Assembly (NCBI GenBank): GCA_041496385.1
Contig: JBGQEL010000033.1
Location: 1-38,911, forward strand
DNA length: 38,911 nucleotides
From: Candidatus Methylomirabilia bacterium
GTDB taxonomy: Bacteria; Methylomirabilota; Methylomirabilia; Rokubacteriales; CSP1-6
Reading direction: 5' to 3'
The notes under the pieces are model-generated. The model had not been told where the DNA came from and made no database searches. It saw only the letters and a program-made list of their open reading frames with translations. Positions within the stretch are counted from its first letter, which is position 1. The number at the start of each line of letters is the position of its first letter. This document shows, piece after piece, positions 1 through 9,014 of the stretch. The position numbers and the translations under genes were made by a program.

Positions 1-60
1 CCCGCCGAGCAGGCGTTCCGCCCGCTCGATCAGGGCGACTGCCCCCTCGTGAAAAAGTAG
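1..60 (+). CDS. 3' end (partial) of a Liv-type ABC substrate-binding protein
   Basis: Frame 1 reads PAEQAFRPLDQGDCPLVKK*, a C-terminus typical of branched-chain/aromatic-acid ABC SBPs; followed by livH/livM-type genes. Confidence 0.7.
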   Translation, partial: PAEQAFRPLDQGDCPLVKK

Positions 61-84
61 GAGCCAAGACCTAGGATAGAGAAC

Positions 85-191
85 GGTGGCGCGGCGGGGG
101 CAGAAGGGGGAGGGGGAGGCACGGCGCCGGGGGACCCCACACCGGGCGGGGGTGGCGCCGTGCCTCCCCCTCCCCCTTCTGCGTCCGCCGC
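85..191. repeat. Palindromic element A (conserved-core hairpin)
   Basis: Perfect 29-bp inverted repeat 100-128/154-182 around a 25-nt loop (129-153) identical to 14936-14960; 14-nt flank 85-98 identical to 14899-14912. Confidence 0.9.
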
Positions 192-201
192 CCGCCCGCG
201 C

Positions 202-1086
202 ATGACGTTCTTCGGCGTCCCGCCGCAGGCGCTGTTCGGCCAGCTCCTGATCGGGCTGATCAACGGCGCGTTTTACGCGCTGCTCAGCCTCGGGCTCGCG
301 GTCATCTTCGGCCTGCTCAACATCATCAACTTCAGCCACGGCGCCCAGTACATGATGGGCGCGTTCGTGGCGTACTTCCTCCTGCACTGGACGGGGCTGG
401 GCTACTGGTGGGCGCTCCTCGTCGTGCCGATCGTCGTCGGGCTCTTCGGCATGGCGCTCGAGCGAACGATGCTGAAGCGCCTCTATCACCTCGACCACCT
501 CTACGGTCTCCTCCTGACGTTCGGCTTCGCGCTCGTCATCCAGGGGATGTTCCGCCACGAGTTCGGCTCCTCCGGCCTGCCGTACGCGATCCCGTCCGCG
601 CTGGCCGGCGGCCACAACCTCGGCTTCATGTTCCTGCCGAACTACCGCGCCTGGGTCGTCCTCTTCTCGCTCACCGTGTGCGTCGGGACCTGGTTCGTGA
701 TCGAGCGGACGCGGCTCGGCTCGTACCTGCGCGCGGCGACCGAGAACCCGACGCTGGTGCGCGCCTTCGGCGTCAACGTGCCGCGCATGATCACGCTGAC
801 GTACGGGTTCGGCGTGGGCCTCGCCGCGCTCGCGGGCGTGCTCGCGGCGCCGATCTACCAGGTCAACCCGCTCATGGGCGCCGACCTGATCATCGTCGTC
901 TTCGCGGTCGTGGTCATCGGCGGCATGGGCTCGATCCTCGGCTCGATCGTCACGGGCTTCACGCTCGGCGTGGTCGAGGGGCTGACGAAGGTCTTCTACC
1001 CCGAGGCCTCGAACACCGTCATCTTCGTCATCATGGCGGTGGTGCTGCTCGTGCGGCCGACGGGTCTCTTCGGGCGGGAACGATAA
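202..1086 (+). CDS. livH: Branched-chain amino acid-type ABC permease (LivH family)
   Basis: INFSHGAQYMMGA and VVVIGGMGS motifs, hydrophobic; ATG at 202 preferred over the ORF-track start inside the palindrome. Confidence 0.9.
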   Translation: MTFFGVPPQALFGQLLIGLINGAFYALLSLGLAVIFGLLNIINFSHGAQYMMGAFVAYFLLHWTGLGYWWALLVVPIVVGLFGMALERTMLKRLYHLDHLYGLLLTFGFALVIQGMFRHEFGSSGLPYAIPSALAGGHNLGFMFLPNYRAWVVLFSLTVCVGTWFVIERTRLGSYLRAATENPTLVRAFGVNVPRMITLTYGFGVGLAALAGVLAAPIYQVNPLMGADLIIVVFAVVVIGGMGSILGSIVTGFTLGVVEGLTKVFYPEASNTVIFVIMAVVLLVRPTGLFGRER

Positions 1087-2064
1087 ATGGCCGTCGCCGG
1101 CGCGTCCGTGGACGCCCGCGCGCCGGCGGCGCCCTCGACGGCCCCGCGCCACCAGGCCGTGGCGTTCGTGGCGATGGTCGCCGTGCTCGCGGTGGCGCCG
1201 TTCTTCGTCTACCCCGTCTTCCTCATGAAGGCGCTCTGCTTCGCGCTCTTCGCCTGCGCCTTCGGCCTGCTCCTCGGCTACGTCGGGCTGCTCTCGTTCG
1301 GCCACGCCGCGTTCCTCGGCTCGGCCGGCTACGTGGCCGCGCACGCGGCGAAGGTGTGGGGCTGGCCGCCGGAGCTCGCCATCCTGGCGGGCACGGCGGC
1401 GGCCGGGGCGCTCGGGCTCGTCGTCGGCGCCCTCGCGATCCGCAGCAAGGGGATCTACTTCGCGAACGTCACGCTCGCGTTCGCGCAGATGATCTACTTC
1501 TTCTGCGTGCAGGCGCCGTTCACCCACGGCGAGGACGGCATCCAGGCGGTGCCCCGTGGAGCGCTCCTGGGCGTGCTCGACCTCCGGAGCACGACCGCGA
1601 TGTACTTCACCGTCCTCATGGTCTTCGTCGCCGGCTTCCTGCTCGTCTACCGCACGATCCACTCGCCGTTCGGGCAGGTGCTGAAGGCGATCCGCGAGAA
1701 CGAGACGCGGGCGATCTCGCTCGGCTACAAGGTCGAGCGGTACAAGCTCCTCGCCTTCGTGCTGTCGGCGACGCTCGCCGGCGTCGCCGGCGGCACCAAG
1801 GCGCTCGTCTTCCAGCTCGCCTCGCTCACCGACGTGCACTGGACGATGTCGGGCGAGGTCGTGCTGATGACGCTGCTGGGCGGCCTCGGCACCGTGTTCG
1901 GCCCGGTGGTGGGCGCCTTCATCATGGTCGCCCTCGAGCACTATCTCGCCCAGCTCGGCTCCTGGGTCACGATCGTGCAGGGGCTCATCTTCGTCGTCTG
2001 CGTGCTGACCTTCCGGCGCGGCGTGGTCGGCGAGCTCGCGCGCCTCATCCGAAAGCCGCTCTAG
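1087..2064 (+). CDS. livM: Branched-chain amino acid-type ABC permease (LivM family)
   Basis: GLLSFGHAAFLG, THGEDG, AIRENE and LLGGLG motifs; starts right after the livH stop. Confidence 0.9.
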   Translation: MAVAGASVDARAPAAPSTAPRHQAVAFVAMVAVLAVAPFFVYPVFLMKALCFALFACAFGLLLGYVGLLSFGHAAFLGSAGYVAAHAAKVWGWPPELAILAGTAAAGALGLVVGALAIRSKGIYFANVTLAFAQMIYFFCVQAPFTHGEDGIQAVPRGALLGVLDLRSTTAMYFTVLMVFVAGFLLVYRTIHSPFGQVLKAIRENETRAISLGYKVERYKLLAFVLSATLAGVAGGTKALVFQLASLTDVHWTMSGEVVLMTLLGGLGTVFGPVVGAFIMVALEHYLAQLGSWVTIVQGLIFVVCVLTFRRGVVGELARLIRKPL

Positions 2065-2079
2065 CGGAACGGAGACGTC

Positions 2080-2865
2080 ATGGCCTACACCGACATCCTC
2101 TATGCGAAGAACGACGGCGTCGCCTGGATCACGATCAACCGGCCCGAGGTCCGGAACGCGTTCCGCACGCGGACCGTCCACGAGCTGACCGACGCGTTCA
2201 TGGACGCCCGGTTCGATCCCGCGGTCGGCGTCGCCGTCCTCACCGGTGCGGGCGACCGGGCGTTCTGCTCGGGCGGCGACCAGAAGGAGCGCGGGAGCGG
2301 CGGCTACTCGGCCGACGGCGACCGCCCGATGTACGTGGACGGGCTCCACAGCGCGATCCGCCACTGTCCCAAGCCCGTCATCGCGATGGTGAACGGCTTC
2401 GCGATCGGCGGCGGGCACGTGCTGCACGTGCTCTGCGATCTCTCGATCGCCTCGGAGACCGCGGTCTTCGGCCAGACGGGGCCGCGCGTCGGCAGCGTGG
2501 ACGCGGGCCACGGCACCGGCTATCTGGCGCGCGTCGTGGGCGAGAAGAAGGCGCGCGAGATCTGGTACCTGTGCCGCCAGTACACGGCGCAGGAGGCGCT
2601 GCAGATGGGGCTCGTCAACAAGGTGGTGCGATTTCAAGACTTGCGCGCGGAGGTCGAGCAGTGGTGTCGCGAGCTCCTCGAGAAGAGCCCGACGGCGCTT
2701 GCGCTGGCCAAGCAGTCGTTCAACATCGACTCCGAGCCCCGCGCGGGCGTCGCGGAGTTCGCGTCGACCGCGCTGAACCTCTACTACAAGACCGAGGAGG
2801 CCATGGAGGGCCGGAACGCGTTCGTCGAGAAGCGGCCGGTCGACTTCAAGAAGTTCCGCGCGTGA
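2080..2865 (+). CDS. Crotonase-superfamily enzyme, MenB/BadI clade (DHNA-CoA synthase or 2-ketocyclohexanecarboxyl-CoA hydrolase-like)
   Basis: [48 protein letters not shown] upstream. Confidence 0.85.
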   Translation: MAYTDILYAKNDGVAWITINRPEVRNAFRTRTVHELTDAFMDARFDPAVGVAVLTGAGDRAFCSGGDQKERGSGGYSADGDRPMYVDGLHSAIRHCPKPVIAMVNGFAIGGGHVLHVLCDLSIASETAVFGQTGPRVGSVDAGHGTGYLARVVGEKKAREIWYLCRQYTAQEALQMGLVNKVVRFQDLRAEVEQWCRELLEKSPTALALAKQSFNIDSEPRAGVAEFASTALNLYYKTEEAMEGRNAFVEKRPVDFKKFRA

Positions 2866-2980
2866 CCTCGGCCCAACTGACACTGCGCTGTTCGCTTTCC
2901 TGACACGTCCCCGGCGCCGGGAGCCGTGCAGCGGGCCGATTTTGGCTGCGTTTCCGAGCCTCTCTCAGGCGCCACCCCGC

Positions 2981-2995
2981 TGGCAGGGCGCTTGC
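2981..2995 (+). promoter_or_regulatory. Putative sigma54 (-24/-12) promoter
   Basis: TGGCAGGGCGCTTGC matches TGGC-N7-TTGC with exact spacing; direct repeat CTGACAC at 2877-2883 and 2900-2906 upstream could be activator sites. Confidence 0.6.
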
Positions 2996-3008
2996 CTCTC
3001 CCCGGGTC

Positions 3009-3284
3009 ATGAAGCACCCCGCCCGTATTCTGGCCGGGGCCGCCCTCGCGGCCTGGTGTGGCCTGGCCGCCGCGGCCGCGACCGGACAGATCATCGCGAA
3101 CCCGGCCCTGCCGGTGGATGAGCTCACGCCCGAGCTCCTCGAGCGTTTGCGCTACGGCCGCGCGGTGCACGAGGAGTTCGCCGGCGGCGTCGGGTGCACG
3201 GAGTGCCACGCCCGCGACCCGCGCGTCCCCCTGAGCCTGCGCGGCGAGTTCGATCCGGTCCTCGAGAAGCGAGAGGCGCGCTGA
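3009..3284 (+). CDS. Small exported protein with one heme-c motif (CXXCH)
   Basis: Basic/hydrophobic signal-peptide-like N-terminus; CTECH motif with an upstream His (VHEE); 91 aa. Confidence 0.6.
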   Translation: MKHPARILAGAALAAWCGLAAAAATGQIIANPALPVDELTPELLERLRYGRAVHEEFAGGVGCTECHARDPRVPLSLRGEFDPVLEKREAR

Positions 3285-3314
3285 GCCCCGTCTGAGGTAC
3301 ACTCGCGCCCGGCC

Positions 3315-4709
3315 ATGACCGGGCGGCTCGAGGGCTTCTTCCGCTTCGCCGAGCGCGGCACGAATCTCGCCACGGAAGTCCGCGCGGGCCTCACCACGTT
3401 CATGGTGATGGCCTACATCATCTTCGTGAACCCCATCGTCCTGGGCTACGTGGGCGTCCCCGGCCTCGAAGGCAAGGGCCTGCCCTTCGCCGCGACGCTG
3501 ACCGTCACGTGCCTGACCGCCGGCGTGCTCTCGATCGCGATGGGCCTCACGACCAACTACCCGTTCGCGCTCGCGCCCGGCATGGGGCTCAACGCGGTCG
3601 TCGCCTTCGAGCTCGTCGCGGGCCGGGGGCTCACGTGGCCCCAGGCGATGACCGTCGTGTTCCTCGAGGGCGCGGCGATCACGCTCCTGGTGCTCACGCG
3701 CTTCCGCGAGGCCGTGATGGACGCGGTGCCGGTCGGGCTCAAGCAGGCGATCGGCGTGGGGATCGGCTTCTTCATCGCCTTCATCGGCTTCTTCACGTCC
3801 GGCTTCGTGGTCAAGCCCGCGACGGGGCCGCTCCCGGTCGGCCTCGGCCCCATGACCGGCCTGCCGATCGCCGTCTTCCTCCTCGGCTTCGTGCTGACGG
3901 CATGGCTCATCGCGCGGCGCGTGCGCGGCGCGCTCCTGCTCGGCATCGTGCTGACGACGCTCCTCGGCATCGTGCTCAACGGGGCGCTGGCGGGCTGGAA
4001 GGGCTTCCCGACGCCCGGCGCCGCGCAGATTCCCGCCGCGATCGTGCAGCTGCCGGACTTCTCGACCTTCGGCCGTCTCGATTTCGGCCTCGTCGCGAAG
4101 CTCGGCCTCGTCACGGCCGTCCTCGCGACCTTCTCGATCATGCTCAGCGACTTCTTCGACACGATGGGCACGATCATCGGCGTCGGGGGCAAGGCGGGCT
4201 TCCTCGACCGCCAGGGCCGGCTCCCCGGCGTCGGGCGCGTGCTGCTCGTGGACTCGCTCGGCGCCGCCGCCGGCGGCTTCGCGAACGCGAGCAGCAACAC
4301 GACCTACATCGAGTCGGCCGCCGGCGTCGCGGAGGGGGCGCGCACCGGCCTGGCCTCCGTCGTCGTCGGCGTGCTGTTCCTGCTGGCCATGTTCTTCGCG
4401 CCGCTGGCGAGCGTGATCCCGGCGCAGGCGACCGCGCCCGCGCTGATCCTCGTCGGCTTCTACATGATGGGGCTCGCGCGCGAGATCCCGTGGGACGACT
4501 ACGAGGAGGCGATCCCGGCGTTCGTCACCATGCTGGCGATGCCCTTCACCTGGTCCATCACTAACGGTATCGGCGCGGGCTTCGTGACCTGGGCCGCGAT
4601 CAAGGTGCTCAACGGCAAGGGCGCCCGCGTGCACTGGATGGTCTACGCCGCCGCCGGCGCCTTCGTCGTCTACTTCGGCCTGCCCCTCGTCGAGCGCGCG
4701 CTGCGATAG
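3315..4709 (+). CDS. NCS2 family nucleobase permease (AzgA/PbuG-like)
   Basis: EVRAGLTTFMVMAYIIFVNP, APGMGLNA, DFFDTMGT, TTYIESAAGVAEGARTG, SITNGIG motifs; TACACT -10-like box at 3298-3303. Confidence 0.92.
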   Translation: MTGRLEGFFRFAERGTNLATEVRAGLTTFMVMAYIIFVNPIVLGYVGVPGLEGKGLPFAATLTVTCLTAGVLSIAMGLTTNYPFALAPGMGLNAVVAFELVAGRGLTWPQAMTVVFLEGAAITLLVLTRFREAVMDAVPVGLKQAIGVGIGFFIAFIGFFTSGFVVKPATGPLPVGLGPMTGLPIAVFLLGFVLTAWLIARRVRGALLLGIVLTTLLGIVLNGALAGWKGFPTPGAAQIPAAIVQLPDFSTFGRLDFGLVAKLGLVTAVLATFSIMLSDFFDTMGTIIGVGGKAGFLDRQGRLPGVGRVLLVDSLGAAAGGFANASSNTTYIESAAGVAEGARTGLASVVVGVLFLLAMFFAPLASVIPAQATAPALILVGFYMMGLAREIPWDDYEEAIPAFVTMLAMPFTWSITNGIGAGFVTWAAIKVLNGKGARVHWMVYAAAGAFVVYFGLPLVERALR

Positions 4710-4737
4710 CGCGCGTCGTGTGTTCTGCCCGCCGCGA

Positions 4738-6156
4738 TCATTTCGCCTTGACGCCGGTCGCGGGGCCGGACGCCAGGACGAGACAGGAGGCCTGGACCGC
4801 GCGGTGGATTCTCGCCTCGCGCGTCGGCGCCCGCGGGGGCGACTCGGGGGGGTCGAAGAGCGCAACGGCCAGCGCCCCTCGTATCGCCCAGTTCACGTTC
4901 TGCGGCAGGCTGCCGGTTCCCTTCAGGAAGTTGGTCGCCGAGGCGGTCGCGATGACGATTCCCACAACGTCTCCCGCCTCATCGATGAGGGCGCCACCGG
5001 AATTGCCGGAGTGGACCTGCGCGGAGGTCTGGAGATAGCTCACGTCGCCACCGGGGCCCGCGAGAGCATTGATGACGCCTTCGGTGAATTTCGCTTCCGC
5101 GCCGAGAAAGTCCGAGGCAGGATAACCGACCGTGAAGACCTTCGCGCCGAGCTGAGGACCGCGCCGATCCGCGAGCGCGAGATAGACCGGCGTGTGTCGG
5201 GCTATACGTAAGACGGCGAGATCCGTCGTGGGCGACGCCTTGTCCACGACCGCTCGAATCGGTTCCCCGTCCCCGCAGCTGACGCTGATCTCCGTGGCAC
5301 CCCGCACGACATGATAGGCGGTGAGTAGGAGGCCATCGGGGCGGACGGCGAATGCCGTCCCTTGCCGCCGTGCCAGCGCCGCCGACTTTCCGAATGTGGA
5401 CGGCATCGCCGTGGCCGCCGCGAGCTGTTGGCGAAGATCGTCGGCTTGAGCGGGGAGACCGCGTCTCGCCAGGGTGTCGATGGCGGACACGATGTTCGGG
5501 CGGATCATCGAGAGGCGGCCGGGGACGTATCGCGCGGCTTCCAGCTCCGCCGTCGATGTTCTGTAGTAGAGCTGCCAGAGCTGCTGCGTCGGCTGAGCCT
5601 TGTCGTTCTTCAGCTTCTCGGCCGAGCATTCGAGCTCGGTCCTGAGGAGGCTGGCCCACGGCCGCTGCCGCACGTCCATCATGCGACGCGCAGCGGCGAC
5701 GCAGTCGTCCCATCGCCCCGCCGCGATCGCCTCGAATATGCTTCGCTCGCCTCTCCACACGAGGGTGTGATCCCGGCAGGGGAGCTCGAGCCGGACGGGA
5801 CGTCCCGAGCGCTCGACGGTGATGCTCAGGCGATCACCCGGGGCGGACAGCTTGCTGAGAGCGGCCACCCAGGTTCCCGCTTCCGCGCCGGAAACATCGC
5901 CGACCGCCTGAATGCGATCGCCGCGGCGAAGCCCGGCACGTTCGGCCCACGGAGTCAGGTCGGAAACGTAGCCGGTCTGATCTGCGAGCCACCCGTCTTC
6001 ACAGGCGTAGGGAACCCCCGTCTCGGGCCGACCCAGGCGCTGCTGCGCGAACTGCTTGAGGCGTTCGGTGCGCTCGTCGGCGTGTGCCGGGGAAGCCGGA
6101 TGCGCGACCAGGCCGATCATGGCGGGTAGCAGGCAGAGGAGTCGGAGGGGTCGCAT
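4738..6156 (-). CDS. Exported S1 (trypsin-like) serine protease with N-terminal PDZ-like domain
   Basis: Signal peptide; PDZ-like AERAGLRRGDRIQAV segment; catalytic triad motifs LLTAYHVV, TDLAVLR, HSGNSGG in the C-terminal domain. Confidence 0.8.
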   Translation of the reverse strand: MRPLRLLCLLPAMIGLVAHPASPAHADERTERLKQFAQQRLGRPETGVPYACEDGWLADQTGYVSDLTPWAERAGLRRGDRIQAVGDVSGAEAGTWVAALSKLSAPGDRLSITVERSGRPVRLELPCRDHTLVWRGERSIFEAIAAGRWDDCVAAARRMMDVRQRPWASLLRTELECSAEKLKNDKAQPTQQLWQLYYRTSTAELEAARYVPGRLSMIRPNIVSAIDTLARRGLPAQADDLRQQLAAATAMPSTFGKSAALARRQGTAFAVRPDGLLLTAYHVVRGATEISVSCGDGEPIRAVVDKASPTTDLAVLRIARHTPVYLALADRRGPQLGAKVFTVGYPASDFLGAEAKFTEGVINALAGPGGDVSYLQTSAQVHSGNSGGALIDEAGDVVGIVIATASATNFLKGTGSLPQNVNWAIRGALAVALFDPPESPPRAPTREARIHRAVQASCLVLASGPATGVKAK

Positions 6157-6213
6157 GAGCCCTTAGCGTACAGCGATGCGGCCGGTCAACCGAGCGCAGG
6201 GGTGACGAATCGC

Positions 6214-6242
6214 TTGACGCAGTGCGCCAACACTGCTAGCGT
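6214..6242 (+). promoter_or_regulatory. Sigma70-type promoter with overlapping inverted-repeat operator
   Basis: TTGACG (6214-6219), 17-nt spacer, TAGCGT (6237-6242) with extended TG; GCAGTG-N6-CACTGC palindrome at 6219-6236. Confidence 0.65.
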
Positions 6243-6285
6243 TCCCCCACGCGGGGTGTGGTGGCCCCGACAAAGGGGGAAGTCA

Positions 6286-7491
6286 ATGAAGACGAGACCG
6301 ATGCGCTTCTTCGCATCCGCAGTGCTCATGCTCTCGCTCGCGGCACCCGGCGCGGCGCACGCGCAGGGCCCGATCAAGATCGGCCTCCTCCAGGGCGTGA
6401 CCGGCCCCTTCGAGGTGTACGCCAAGCAGGTGATCACCGGCTTCAAGCTCGGCCTCGAGTACGGCACGGGCGGCAAGAACGAGCTGCTGGGCCGCAAGAT
6501 CGAGGTCCTCGTCGAGGACGACCAGCTCAAGGCCGACGTCGCCAAGCGCCTCGCGACCAAGCTCTACGCCGACGACAAGATCGACCTTTTGGTGGGAACG
6601 ACGTCGAGCGCCGCGGCGCTCGCGATCCTGCCGGTGGCGCAGGAGTACAAGAAGGTTCTGCTCGTGGAGCCGGCCGTCGCCGACTCCATCACCGGTGAGC
6701 AATGGAACCGCTACGTCTTCCGGACCGGGCGGAACTCCGGCCAGGACGCGATCGCCAACGCGCTCGCGATCGCGAAGCCCGGGGTCTCGATCGCGACGAT
6801 CGCCCAGGACTATGCGTTCGGCAAGGACGGCGTGGCCGCCTACAAGGCCGCCGTCGAGAAGCTGGGCGCGAAGGTCGTCCACGAGGAATACGCGCCGGTG
6901 CAGGCGACCGAGTTCACCGCGCCGATCCAGAAGATCATCGGCGCCCTCAAGGACCGGCCGGGCGAGAAGTACGTGTTCGTCATCTGGGCGGGCAAGGGCG
7001 GCCCGTTTCCCCAGCTCGTCGACAGCCGGCTCGACAAGTACGGCATCACGCTCACGAGCGGCGGCAACGTGCTCGACGTCCTGAAGGCGATGAAGGCGAT
7101 GAAGCTCGAGGGGATGGTCGGCGGGCTCTACTACTACTACGAGATCCCGAAGAACGCGGCGAACGACTGGCTCGTGAAGGAGCACCAGAGCCGCTTCAGC
7201 GCGCCGCCCGACTTCTTCACCTGCGGCGGCTTCGCGGCGGCGATGGCGGTCGTGACGGCGCTCCGCAAGGCCGGCTCCACGGACACGGAGAAGCTCATCG
7301 CGGCCATGGAAGGCATGGAATTCGAGACGCCGAAAGGGAAGATGATCTTCCGCAAGGAGGATCACCAGGCGATGCAGTCCATGTACGCCTTCAAGTTCGT
7401 CTCGAAGCCCGACGTCGCCTGGCTCGTGCCCCAGCTCGTGCGCGAGCTGTCGCCCTCGGACACCGCGCCCCCGATCCAGAACAAGCGCTAG
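6286..7491 (+). CDS. Liv-type ABC substrate-binding protein (probably organic/aromatic acid)
   Basis: SD AAGGGGGA, signal peptide ending AHA, IKIG start, EPAVADSITG, FRTGRNSGQDA, QDYAFGKDG, FRKEDHQAMQ. Confidence 0.88.
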   Translation: MKTRPMRFFASAVLMLSLAAPGAAHAQGPIKIGLLQGVTGPFEVYAKQVITGFKLGLEYGTGGKNELLGRKIEVLVEDDQLKADVAKRLATKLYADDKIDLLVGTTSSAAALAILPVAQEYKKVLLVEPAVADSITGEQWNRYVFRTGRNSGQDAIANALAIAKPGVSIATIAQDYAFGKDGVAAYKAAVEKLGAKVVHEEYAPVQATEFTAPIQKIIGALKDRPGEKYVFVIWAGKGGPFPQLVDSRLDKYGITLTSGGNVLDVLKAMKAMKLEGMVGGLYYYYEIPKNAANDWLVKEHQSRFSAPPDFFTCGGFAAAMAVVTALRKAGSTDTEKLIAAMEGMEFETPKGKMIFRKEDHQAMQSMYAFKFVSKPDVAWLVPQLVRELSPSDTAPPIQNKR

Positions 7492-7500
7492 CGACGTGTG

Positions 7501-7543
7501 GCGGGGGCCGGGGACCCCCTCGGAAACCTGCCCCGGCCCCCGC
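7501..7543. repeat. Intergenic hairpin C after SBP gene
   Basis: 13-bp perfect stem 7501-7513/7531-7543, 17-nt loop, no U-tract. Confidence 0.75.
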
Positions 7544-7555
7544 TGAGCCACGCGT

Positions 7556-8314
7556 ATGCATCCGGTGATCTCGACGCGCGATCTGACGATCCGGTTCGGC
7601 GGGCACGTCGCCGTCGACCACGTCTCGCTCGACGTCGCGCCGGGCGCCCTCAAGTCCATCATCGGGCCCAACGGCGCCGGCAAGACGACCTTCTTCAACC
7701 TGCTCTCTGGGCAGTATCGCCCGAGCGCGGGCCGCGTCCTCTTCAAGGGCGAGGACGTGACGCGTCTCTCCGCCGCCGCGCGCACGCGCCGGGGCATCGG
7801 CCGCTCCTTCCAGCTCACCAACGTCTTCCCGACGCTGACGGTGCTCGAGAACGTCCGCATCGCCGTCCAGGCGCGGCGCGCGCCCGGCTTCGACGCCTGG
7901 CGTCCCGCGCGGAGCCGTCCCGAGCTCGAGGACCGTGCGTACGCGGTCCTCGAGTCGGTCCTGCTCGAGACGCGCTGGCGCGCCGTCGCCAGCGAGCTCA
8001 CGCACGGCGAGAAGCGCAAGCTCGAGATCGGCATCCTGCTGGCGCTCGAGCCGGAGGTGCTGCTGCTCGACGAGCCGACGGCCGGGATGTCGCTCGAGGA
8101 GGTCCCGACGATCGTGGAGCTGATCCGCGCGGTCCACACCCGAGGCGACACGACGATCCTGCTCGTCGAGCACAAGATCGACATGATCCTGGCGCTCTCC
8201 GACTCGATCGCGGTCCTCAAGGACGGGCGCCTCCTCGCGGACGGGCCACCGGACGCGATCAGCCGGAACCCCGAGGTGCAGGCGGCCTACTTCGGAGGCG
8301 GCGTTGCCGGCTGA
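7556..8314 (+). CDS. livG: ABC ATP-binding protein (LivG family)
   Basis: Walker A GPNGAGKTT, LTHGEKRKLE signature, LLLDEPTAGM, VEH. Confidence 0.92.
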   Translation: MHPVISTRDLTIRFGGHVAVDHVSLDVAPGALKSIIGPNGAGKTTFFNLLSGQYRPSAGRVLFKGEDVTRLSAAARTRRGIGRSFQLTNVFPTLTVLENVRIAVQARRAPGFDAWRPARSRPELEDRAYAVLESVLLETRWRAVASELTHGEKRKLEIGILLALEPEVLLLDEPTAGMSLEEVPTIVELIRAVHTRGDTTILLVEHKIDMILALSDSIAVLKDGRLLADGPPDAISRNPEVQAAYFGGGVAG

Positions 8315-9014
8315 GGCGGTCCTCGAGCTCGAGGACGTCCACACCTACATCGGCCAGCACCACATCCTGCAGGGCGTGTCGCTCGCGGCCCGCCGCGACA
8401 CCGTCACCGTGCTCCTCGGCCGGAACGGCGCGGGCAAGACGACGACGATGCGCACGATCGTCGGCCTGTTGCGGCCGGCGCGTGGGACGATCCGCTTCGA
8501 GGGCCGGGCCATCCACGCGCGGCCGGTCTACGAGATCGTGCGGCTCGGGATCGGCTTCGTGCCGGAGGGGCAGGGGATCTTCGCGACGCTGACCGTGGAC
8601 GAGAACCTGCGCGTCGCGCGCCTGGGCGGCGAGGCCGGGAGCCGCGAGCGGCTCGCGCACCTCTTCGAGCTCTTCCCCGACCTCGCGCGGTTCCGCCACG
8701 CCCGCGCGGGCACGCTGTCGGGCGGGCAGAAGCAGATGCTCTCGATCGCGCGCGCGTTCCTGAACCCCAACCGCCTGCTGCTCATCGACGAGCCCTCGAA
8801 GGGCCTCGCGCCGATCGTCGTCGAGCACCTCGTCCGGGCGCTCCAGGCCATGAAGCGCCACGCGACGGTGCTGCTGGTCGAGCAGAACTTCGCCATGGCG
8901 CGGGCGCTCGCCGACGACTTCTACCTGATCGACGACGGCCGCACCGTCCGCCACGGCCCCATGGCCGCCCTCGTCGCCGACGCGGCGCTGCAGAAGAAGT
9001 ACCTCGGCATATGA
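8304..9014 (+). CDS. livF: ABC ATP-binding protein (LivF family)
   Basis: GRNGAGKTT, LSGGQKQML, IDEPSKGLAP, VEQN; TTG start with GGAGG SD. Confidence 0.9.
   Translation: MPAEAVLELEDVHTYIGQHHILQGVSLAARRDTVTVLLGRNGAGKTTTMRTIVGLLRPARGTIRFEGRAIHARPVYEIVRLGIGFVPEGQGIFATLTVDENLRVARLGGEAGSRERLAHLFELFPDLARFRHARAGTLSGGQKQMLSIARAFLNPNRLLLIDEPSKGLAPIVVEHLVRALQAMKRHATVLLVEQNFAMARALADDFYLIDDGRTVRHGPMAALVADAALQKKYLGI

Noticed and set aside
408..2903. 831-aa ORF and many other long alternate-frame or antisense ORFs (e.g. 2784-4865, 11044-12978, 19017-21017, 25465-27648, 32250-34580)
   Set aside because: Arg/Pro/Gly-rich shadow frames of well-supported genes; expected at very high GC3.
3285..3314. Purine riboswitch upstream of the NCS2 permease
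   Set aside because: Spacer is only 30 nt and lacks the purine aptamer motifs.
4710..6200. Mobile element carrying the protease gene
   Set aside because: No transposase/integrase, terminal repeats or target-site duplication found.
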